From a virus (Duplodnaviria; Caudoviricetes): a DNA stretch of 64,000 nucleotides. Below the pieces are notes generated by a model. The model was not told the DNA's origin and made no database searches. It worked only from the letters and a program-made list of their open reading frames with translations. The stretch is taken from the IMG/VR virus record IMGVR_UViG_3300028048_000045, positions 1 to 64,000 of that record; one strand, written 5' to 3'. The stretch's first letter is position 1, and every line of letters begins with the position of its first letter. Positions 1 through 9,300 of the stretch are shown here, in pieces. The translations under genes and the position numbers were made by a program.

Positions 1-47
1 AATTACTACGTGAACTATCCTGCTATTGGTGTGCGCCCTTGCTTCAT
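1..47 (+). repeat. DGR variable repeat (VR, truncated by window edge) with IMH
   Basis: 41/47 identical to 1550-1596. All 6 mismatches (VR 4, 7, 16, 22, 23, 42) face an A in TR. Confidence 0.95.
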
Positions 48-54
48 GTTATAA
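1..54 (+). CDS. 3' end of DGR target protein (variable repeat, C-type-lectin-fold C-terminus); gene starts before window
   Basis: Frame 1 reads NYYVNYPAIGVRPCFML-stop. GVRP-x-F is the usual end of CLec-type DGR variable proteins, and it matches the TR at 1550-1596. Confidence 0.9.
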   Translation, partial: NYYVNYPAIGVRPCFML

Positions 55-85
55 TTATTGAATGTAGTATGATAATTTATTAATT

Positions 86-148
86 ACGTTTTTATACATT
101 TGAAAATGAGCGAACGAAGTATCGCGAAATTTTCATGTATAAAAACGT
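86..148. promoter_or_regulatory. Hairpin/cruciform downstream of VR (candidate DGR target-recognition element)
   Basis: acgtttttataca(tt)tgaaaat pairs with attttcatgtataaaaacgt; inner gcga/tcgc stem and ac-GAA-gt cap. Confidence 0.6.
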
Positions 149-165
149 TTTTTTTTTGTAAAAAA

Positions 166-200
166 ATAGAAGGGATTAGTTCCCTTCTATTTTTATTTTT
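166..200 (+). terminator. Intrinsic terminator after DGR target gene
   Basis: atagaaggga-ttagt-tcccttctat followed by a T tract. Confidence 0.75.
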
Positions 201-220
201 AAAATTACTATAATATAATA

Positions 221-634
221 ATGTATATGAATTTATGTGGTGAACGAGCTCTTATTACTAAATTTAATTTAACTAAAGAAACTATTTTACAAATGCCTGA
301 AAAAGAAATAACATTTCTTTTAAAAGAATTACAGAAAGAAAAAGAGATTGATGAAAACCCTATTTTAAAAAATATCGTTATAGTTGAACGTTTAAGTAAT
401 AATGATATTACATGGAAATTTTATAAAGATTATTTATTAAATAAAACAGAGTTTAAAATATTAAGTAATGTTATATCTAGTATAGATGAACGGACATTAT
501 ACAATTATATTAAAAGATATGATGAATTAAATAGATATGAATTGATAGATGTTTTATTTTATGAAAGAAAAATTATTAATAAGAAATTTAAAAATATTTA
601 TATAAATGATATTTTGAATATGAGGATAATATGA
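221..634 (+). CDS. Hypothetical protein inside the DGR cassette
   Basis: 137-aa ORF; ATGA overlap with the Avd-like gene. Confidence 0.65.
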   Translation: MYMNLCGERALITKFNLTKETILQMPEKEITFLLKELQKEKEIDENPILKNIVIVERLSNNDITWKFYKDYLLNKTEFKILSNVISSIDERTLYNYIKRYDELNRYELIDVLFYERKIINKKFKNIYINDILNMRII

Positions 635-1458
635 AAATAATTAAATCTGACGAAACAGAAAATGATGATTTAAAAGAAATTGAAAATAAAATGAAATCTG
701 AATATTATAAAACTAAGAAAATAATTTGTAAAGAAATGGAGGATTTTTTCTTTATGTCAGTTTTAAAATGTGATCGTACGTTTACACAATTAACTATAGA
801 TGATAAAATGATAATTTTCAGAAATAAAATCGATACTATTTTTTATCCATATTTAGATAAAGTTATTTTTGATAATAGAATGAACGTATTTAAAATAATT
901 AATGATGAATATAATTATAAACTTAATGAATATGAAATAAATAATTTTGAACACAATGTGAATGAATTTAAAACAGCTATATCTAATTTAATTTATAAAA
1001 TATTAAAAGCTTTACGTAAAACACATATGTATGATTATACAAAATCTTATGTCGGGAAATATAAAAGACTTGAAAATTATAATTTGGTAATGGTTATGAT
1101 AAATGATTTAATAGACAATTTTAATAGATTTAGTATTAAATATAAAAATTCTATATGGTCATTGACACCATATATTATATTATTAGAAAACATTAAAAAA
1201 GATTTAAATTTAGTAATTAAAAATATTAGATCAGCTTTAAATAAAATGCAAAGAAAAACTGCTATTATTTTAGATGAACCTATAAAAAGAAAACTTTTTA
1301 ATATTTTTACACAAACTAGAATAACATTAAAAGAACAAGATTTAAGTTTGATAAAATCATTATTTAATGAGAATCAACGAAAGAAATTAAACAAATATAT
1401 CAAATCAAATAAATCTATAAATAAAACTAAAAATGTAATAGTTCATATTGATAAATAA
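631..1458 (+). CDS. Avd-like DGR accessory protein (divergent, extended)
   Basis: Immediately upstream of TR. Helical pattern (SEYYKTKKIICKEM...ISNLIYKILKALRKTHMY...KRLENYNLVM...LTPYIILLENIKKDL) resembles four-helix Avd proteins. Confidence 0.6.
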   Translation: MKIIKSDETENDDLKEIENKMKSEYYKTKKIICKEMEDFFFMSVLKCDRTFTQLTIDDKMIIFRNKIDTIFYPYLDKVIFDNRMNVFKIINDEYNYKLNEYEINNFEHNVNEFKTAISNLIYKILKALRKTHMYDYTKSYVGKYKRLENYNLVMVMINDLIDNFNRFSIKYKNSIWSLTPYIILLENIKKDLNLVIKNIRSALNKMQRKTAIILDEPIKRKLFNIFTQTRITLKEQDLSLIKSLFNENQRKKLNKYIKSNKSINKTKNVIVHIDK

Positions 1459-1465
1459 ATAATAA

Positions 1466-1596
1466 AATAGGTATCGGTCTATATGTTCTAATTCTGGCAA
1501 TGCGTCGAATGTGAATAATCCTGATAATTCTGACTTCGGGAATGCTAACAATAACAACGTGAACAATCCTAATATTGGTGTGCGCCCTTGATTCAT
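1466..1596 (+). repeat. DGR template repeat (TR)
   Basis: Non-coding and AAY-rich (15 Asn codons in the VR frame: NRYRSICSNSGNASNVNNPDNSDFGNANNNNVNNPNIGVRP). 3' part matches VR; 5' boundary is approximate. Confidence 0.92.
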
Positions 1597-1834
1597 TATT
1601 ATATACATGGTTAGACTTATGTCGACTATTTATATGATAATGAAGGAGATCGTTTTCCTTAGTTCTTTTAAAGAACTTAAACTATGATACGTTGAAAAGA
1701 GTGTTTACATAGTTTATATTAATTTTAATATAAAATTTTTTATTTTATTATTTATTAATAAAATAGCTCAAATTTCTTAATATTTAATATAAATTAAATA
1801 TACGTATTGTTTTTTTATTATGGAGGTTATAAAA

Positions 1835-3166
1835 ATGATAGTTTTTACACCTATGAATATTTATTATAATTATATAGAAAAATATAAAGAATCTCAAAAA
1901 TTGATAATTAATGTAGAACAAATAGATCACTCTATTGAAAATGTGATTTTGTTACACAAACTAAAATGTATAAATTATAAACAGTGTTGTTCAAAATTAA
2001 AAGCTTTATATAATAAACGAAAACGTCAAATACGACGCCAAATTAATTTTTTTAATAACTATACTTTAAAATATGATTATTATTATCCGTTAATAGATAT
2101 GAATAACTATATCGATATTTTTTATAAATGTAGAAAAAGTACAGCTTGGAAAAGAACTTATCAGAATTTTAATATTAATATTATTAAAAATATAAGTTAT
2201 ATTTGGTATAATATGATGAATAATTCTATAAATACTTTACCACATAAACATTTTAAAGTAAATGAACGAGGTAAAATAAGGGATATTTCTGCTCCAGAAA
2301 TAAATGAAAGATTAATACAATCTAATTTATCTTTTAATATAGCTCACCCATTAATGGATAATACTTTAATATTTGATAATTATGCAAGTCAACTTAATAA
2401 AGGAACAACAATTGCAAGAAAACGTTATAAGAAATTTTTAATAGAAAATTATAAATATAATAAAGATGATTCATATGTTTTAAAAATAGATATTAAAAAA
2501 TTTTTTGATTCTATAGATCATAATATTTCCATGGATAAATGGAATAAATATATTAAAAATGAATACGTTTTAAATATTATTAAACAAATTTTGGATAAAA
2601 AACTTAACTCTAATGGGATCGGATTATGTTTAGGATCAGAATTATCTCAATTAACGGCTTCATTATATTTATCTAAAATGGATCATATGTTGAAAGAATG
2701 TTATAGAATAAAGTGGTATGGAAGATATAATGATGATATTTGTATTATACATAAATCTAAAGAATTTTTGATAAATCTTTTAAAACAAATTAAAATAGGT
2801 TTGTCTACAATAGGACTAAAAATAAACGAAATTAAAACTAAAATGATCCATTTAAAAAATAATTCATTTACTATTTTAAAAACAAAATATTTTTACGATA
2901 AGTATAAAAATTGTGGTAAAGTGATAATGTTATCTGGTAGAAAATCATCTAAAATAGAAAGAAGAAAACTTAGAAAATTTAAAACTAAAATGTTAAATAA
3001 AATTATGACTTTCTTAGAAATATTTAATTTATATAAAGCTTGGAGAAAAAATATATTAAAATCATTTAATGCTTATAATCTTATTAGTAGAAATGATGAA
3101 TATTTTAAATATTTGTTTAATTTAAAATATGCTAATTTTAAAAATAAAATCTATATATTTAAATAA
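1835..3166 (+). CDS. DGR reverse transcriptase
   Basis: RT motifs ERGKIRDI, ERLIQ, KIDIKKFFDSIDH, GLCLGSELSQ (DGR-type SQ), YGRYNDD. Start moved to ATG 1835 behind GGAGG. Confidence 0.95.
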   Translation: MIVFTPMNIYYNYIEKYKESQKLIINVEQIDHSIENVILLHKLKCINYKQCCSKLKALYNKRKRQIRRQINFFNNYTLKYDYYYPLIDMNNYIDIFYKCRKSTAWKRTYQNFNINIIKNISYIWYNMMNNSINTLPHKHFKVNERGKIRDISAPEINERLIQSNLSFNIAHPLMDNTLIFDNYASQLNKGTTIARKRYKKFLIENYKYNKDDSYVLKIDIKKFFDSIDHNISMDKWNKYIKNEYVLNIIKQILDKKLNSNGIGLCLGSELSQLTASLYLSKMDHMLKECYRIKWYGRYNDDICIIHKSKEFLINLLKQIKIGLSTIGLKINEIKTKMIHLKNNSFTILKTKYFYDKYKNCGKVIMLSGRKSSKIERRKLRKFKTKMLNKIMTFLEIFNLYKAWRKNILKSFNAYNLISRNDEYFKYLFNLKYANFKNKIYIFK

Positions 3167-3200
3167 ACCTAGGAATATTCCTAGGTTTATTTTATTATTT
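3161..3200 (+). terminator. Intrinsic terminator after RT
   Basis: aaataaacctagga-atat-tcctaggtttattt. Confidence 0.75.
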
Positions 3201-3302
3201 TTTATCACAAATATCATAATTTTTAGTTTTAAATATGAAAATTTTGTCATATCTTACTATTTTATACATATTATGTGTATTCTTTTTTATAATTACGTTT
3301 TG

Positions 3303-3315
3303 ACATTTAGATATA
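3303..3315 (+). promoter_or_regulatory. Late-type phage promoter ACA-N5-ATATA
   Basis: ACAtttagATATA upstream of 3347. Confidence 0.7.
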
Positions 3316-3346
3316 ACATTGATAATTATGTAAAGGAGTATATATT

Positions 3347-6300
3347 ATGAATGAGAACTCTTTTGATGAGAACAATTTACTCTACGTTCGCAAAAATTAT
3401 GAAGTAGAAGTAACTGAAAAAGCTCGTAAAATATTCGCAGATAATACCGTTCAAACTACTCTTGATGAAACAAATAAAAAACTTGATGAACTCATTGCTG
3501 AAATGAATGATAAATTAGGTTTTGTAACTCAAAAGATGGTTGGTAAAAATGGTATTGAAGAATATGTAAAAGATGTACATAACCAGATCGATAACACTAC
3601 TGTTGATGTAACACAGTTAGTAGATTCTGGAATAGTTAGATCTGGATCACATCCATCTATTACAACTTTTAAAAACAATCGCTCCGAAACAAAATATAAA
3701 ACTTATGATTTCATCAATAAAACAATTGATATTGGTTTTAAAGATCAAGCACTTCGTTTTTATAATAATACTGATATTCATGACGGTGATAAAGTTCATG
3801 CATTTGATATTCGTATGAATGATGTTGAACATCTTAAAATTATTGAGTTCGCATTTACTTATTCTCAGTTCCCAGATATTGTAAAAATTGTTAATGGTGA
3901 TGTTTATAGAGAACCTACTACTAAAATTAATAGAGTATTCTATGGTCGTTTCTTTATTATTCGTCACGATCCTGTTAATGCTCCTGATGAAATCATTGTT
4001 AAAGCTATTGTTGAAAATGCAGATAATACTGGTAATGTTGTAGATGAATATGCTATCGATGTAAAGAAATCTAACATCGAAGATAAGATTTCTTTGAAAA
4101 ATGAAATCGGACCTGTTTTCGATATTTATTTCCGTATAGCATCGAGAAATGATTTACTTATTTGTATCGGAAGTATCAATCCTTATAAATATTTACTTCA
4201 AAAAAGCTATGTGGAATCGAATAAACAGATTATTGATAATTTCAATCTTCTTAAATCTGGAATTGAATCTATTAAATTCGATAAAGTATTTTATTCTGAA
4301 AATCAGAATAAAATGTTTATTGTTGATAATGAACAAGATAAGATTTATATTATCCCAGCTTTTGATAAGTTTACTATAGATAATATTTCTATGGATAATG
4401 TTACAGTTTATGATAAACTTACAACTGATGGGTTCTTTGTAAAAGATGTAAGTTCTTATACCTTTATTGGTGACAATTCTAAACATTGTTACGTTTATCC
4501 TAGTGGTAATTTTACAGAATACGTTGATCTCGGAGTAAATGTAGAAGATGTACAGATGATGAGTACAAATGAAATTATTGTACAAGTTGGTTCTGTATTA
4601 AATGGACGTAAAATCTCACGTCTTCATATGTTTAATTATTCCACATCAAATATCAATAATACAATATTTGGAGAATTCCATATAAGTACAACTGATATTA
4701 ATTTCGTTCAGAAAAATAAATTTGCTGAATATGAACCTGGAAAAATAATCCTTGTTTCAAATTCAAGAAATGGTACTATCTATTATAAGTTTTTAAGATC
4801 AAATAATTCTACAAATACTTATACAAATGGGGCTATTGAATCTGTAACTGTTGAACAGAAAATTGATATCGAAGAATTGGAAAGTTTTGATCCTAAAAAT
4901 GATGGTACAACATTAGATCTTATTCGCTCAGAAACTGGTATTTTTATACATCTTAATTATGAATCAGAGATTAATGGAAAGAAAACAGTTATTTTATCAG
5001 TTAGAGATTTAAAGATAAATAAATCTAATTATATATTTAAACACACTGATATTCTTAAGAAATATAATAAAACAACTAATGTTTCTTATTCATTAACAGA
5101 TATTATTAAGAAAATAGTTTCTACATCTTTATTTACTTTCGGTATTACAGATGATAATAAACTTTTAATAATTGATGATAATTATATCATTGAAGCGCTT
5201 AATTTTGTTCCAGTAGAAGAAAATGGTGAAGTTAAAGGTTATTCGGATAAAGATTCTGTTCTTTATATGAAACCTATTGAAGGTGAAGAAGAATTATATC
5301 TTATCGACAAACCATATTTACAAGATGTTAAAGCTATTTATCAATCTTTTAAAGGAAACATTTATATTCTTGATGGTAAGGGTGTTTATGAACTTACAAC
5401 TACTAAAAATTTAGTATGTAAATTTTGGACAGATAATAGTACATTTACAGATATAGTTGTAAATAAAATTACAGAAGCTTATATCATATCTGAAAAAGAT
5501 GGAAAACAAAATATTTTCTGTCATAATTTTGACTACGATAATTCATCTTCTAAAAAACTTAGACATAAGTATTTCGATCTTATCAATGGTGATTATGAAA
5601 AATATGATCCTGATAACAATTATACAAATTATTCGTCTAATGAAACAATGATGATTGATTTTAAAGCAAAGCTTTATTGTACTTTGATTGATAAGTTATC
5701 ATCTATTTACAATTCTAAAGATGTACATAATATGTATTATACTAATGATACATATACATTTAATGATTTTAATCCTGCTAAACCACATAATATTGATTTG
5801 GTTGTAAATGGTCAGAGTGTTACTAAGAATATCACAATTAATAAATTTATACTCAGTGCAAATAAATATGGTTTTGTTAATTATTTCGGATTTACTTTAT
5901 TAAATACAAATAATCTTTCCGATATAAATGATGAAAACTTATATGTTTTGATTCATAAATCTGGAGATGGCCTTTCAATTACAGATTATCGTGAAGCAAT
6001 TTACAGACTTATTAGAGAACAGACTATTAATGAAAATGACAAATATGATTCTCAAGGAAATTTAAAACCTGAATATGAATCAACTATGACTGTTACTAAA
6101 AAATACAAATCTGTGAATAAAAATAGAGTATTCAGACATCCACGATGTACTATATCTAACGATGTGTCCGATTACAATAATGATTCCGAATTAATGAAAT
6201 TCGAACATGGTAAATTTAAAGGTTCATTATTATCTGATAAATTCTCTTACATTTATAAAGATACTCTTTATAATTTGGCACAAACTAGAACTGAAATAGG

Positions 6301-9300
6301 TTTAAATAATATTTCACCAGTATATGAAAAACTTATCATGGGTAAATTACCGGTAATATTTATGAATTCATTCGATGACGATGATTTGAATCCTAAATAT
6401 GGTAAACGAATAGATCCATTTAATGTAGTCTATAACAGAATAAATTATTTTGTCGGTTATGATAAATCTGGGGATGAAATCAATCTTGTTATTGTTAAAG
6501 AATCTTCATCTAGAAGCGATAATTCATCTGTAATGTCTGTCGTAAAAACCATTTCAAATGTTATATCGGCTAGAGCTATAAATAATGAGCTATATTATAG
6601 TAAAGCTAATGGTGGATTATTCTGTTTAAACGATGAAATGGAAGAAGTTGTAAAAGTATCTCCTGCATTAGGTTATGTTTTCTATGATTTTACTGAATTA
6701 GATGGTGAAATTTATGGCGTAACTAACAATGGTGTTTTCGTTAAAATAAATAAAGACAATCCTATAATTGTGCCGGATGTAATTATTGGAGATACAACTA
6801 ATGTTACGGCTATTGATGGAAGAATTTTAGCAGATATTTATAATTTTGAAAATAGTGATAAACTTATTATTCGTATTTCACATATCAATGATAATGTTAC
6901 AGATTTGTATGTACCTTACATTTATGTAATATCTAAATCAGATGTTAATGAATATTCTATTATTCAGAAACCATTTAGATACAAATATACAGATTATGAA
7001 ACATTGTGTAAATCTTCTCAAGATTTTATATTTAAGTTTGTAAAAATCAATAATACTGTTTTTGCACAAGGTTCGAATAATTTTATATTTGATGAAAAAA
7101 CATTACAATTCAAAACATTTGTAAATGCTTTACCATTACAAAATTCTATAGCTCCAATCACTTATTGGCCTTTGACATATCAAGAGTTCTATAGTAATAA
7201 TAGATTATCTCTTACAGATTATCTTATTAAAACACCATATAATATAGGATGTTTTATTCCATCATCTGGAAATGTTGCTATGATTATAGATGATATTTCT
7301 AAAGAATATATTAGAAGAGAACTTACACCTGTTGATTCGGTAAATCCTCCAATGACAGATGTTACAAATATTAATCCTGATGGAACTATAATTGGTCGAA
7401 TTAGTAATAATATATCTTCTGGTAAAAAATATAGAATAGAAGTTTTGAAAAACGGTAAGGTTTGTATAAATGATACCGTTGTTAGTAAGATCGATAATAA
7501 CGAAACTAAACAAACATTAGATAGTTCATATACAGTTAGCGACATAAACGCCGTAGTGTATAAAAACAATATACGAATAGAAAAAGATGTTATAACCGGT
7601 ACATATAATATTAAAGATATTAATGGAAATCTTATAAATCTGTTTAAACTTGATTATAAAAGATGTTCATGGAATAGTTTGAAATTTACAGGAACTGTAA
7701 CTGTCGGTCAATTACTTGACAAACATATTATACCATATAGATACGTCGTAGATGATGCATCAAAATTTGAAAAAGTAGATACTAATGCTGTCAAATATCC
7801 TGTTCCTGGTATAACATATTATACAAAAATTACAGCTGGTAGTTATGATCATTATGAAGCTGTTTCAGAAGATATTTCTAAATGGGAAGTAAATTCTTCA
7901 GGAAAAGTTGAATATTTTGAACCAAAGCATCATTACGAATCGATTACAAATGTAACAGACGCAATTGTTGCAGGTTCGTATGTGTTTGTTTGTGAAAATA
8001 GATATTTCTCAAAAGTTGAAATAACAGCTAATGAGGATGGTGAATTAAATCTTCCTAATACAGAAGAATATTATACCCTTTCGACTAAATCTGTACCTGT
8101 TGATCTTTCTAAAGTTATAGATGAACGTGCTGTATTTATTTTAAATGATGATAAAGTATTATTACATGCTAAAGTTGATGGCATTTATAAAACTATTATT
8201 TATGATACATATTTTGAAAATGATTTTACTAGACATGATGTATGGAATAGGGTATATCCTAAAGCTGGTTTTGATATAAAACGTATTTGGGAAACATCTA
8301 GAGGAAAATTTGCTGTAATTAATATTCCTTGTTATGATCATTATTTCGTAGGTTTAATTTCCGATGATTTACAATCGATTTATTGTAAATTAGATTACGA
8401 TATCGATGATCCTGGATGTGTACATTTAATAGATACTGAAAAAGAATTACTTATTTCTATAGCTACTTCAGACTATACAGGCGAAGTTAATTATAATTAC
8501 GATTCATCTCTTAATAAATTCGTAATTTCTAAAGTACCTTTAATTTATATAGATTCTGTAAAAGTTGGAGGAATCACATATCTTGCTGCTATTAAAAATA
8601 TCAGAGATCCTTCCACAGATACAAATCAGCTGAGTTTTTCCATCTATGATATTGATAAAAATTTATTACTTTCAATTAATAAAGGTATAACTGTACCAGT
8701 TTACAATACTACTAGAAATAATGTTAAACAATTCGATAATGTTTTTGTTAAACGTTTTAATTCTATTACTGGAAAAGAAGAAGCTTATGTATTCTTTATG
8801 TCGAATACATCTAAAAATGATACTTCAGATGATTCTGTTTATGATTGTATCCATATTTCCGAAAAAGGTGTAGAATTAGAAGATTTGAATCTCTTAGCAT
8901 ATACCAAATTTGGTGATTTTGGTGGAAAACCAACATTTGTAAACACAATGTTAACTCCTGAAAATAAAATTTTATTAATCTGTTCTTATTCAACTATATT
9001 TAGTTTGGAAGAAAATGGATCTATAAATGTCATCACAGGTGCACCATCATTTATTAAACCGATAAATGATAATAGAAATGGTATCGTTGGTTTAGGAGAT
9101 ATTGTATTTAGAAATACACATTCTGATATTCCAAGTATTTCGAGTATAGAAGATAATGAAAATAAATTACCATCTATATACAATTGGTATTATTATAACC
9201 GAGTAAATAACACATATTTGATAGATTCGTCAGAATCTTATAGAGATAATATGTTAGGATATTTTAAAGATTATCAATTGTTAATAGATTATAAATTCTA

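Larger units (their letters stand above)
1..3166 (+). mobile_element. Diversity-generating retroelement (target VR - hairpin - orf - avd-like - TR - RT)
   Basis: VR/TR pair with adenine-only differences plus a DGR-class RT. Confidence 0.93.

Noticed and set aside
1405-1608. 67-aa minus-strand ORF
   Set aside because: It is the antisense of the DGR template repeat; no RBS.
1835-3166. Group II intron, retron or Abi RT
   Set aside because: SQ motif plus an A-specific VR/TR pair identify it as a DGR RT.
3129-3350. 73-aa hydrophobic ORF
   Set aside because: Runs through a terminator and promoter; hydrophobicity comes from T-rich intergenic DNA.
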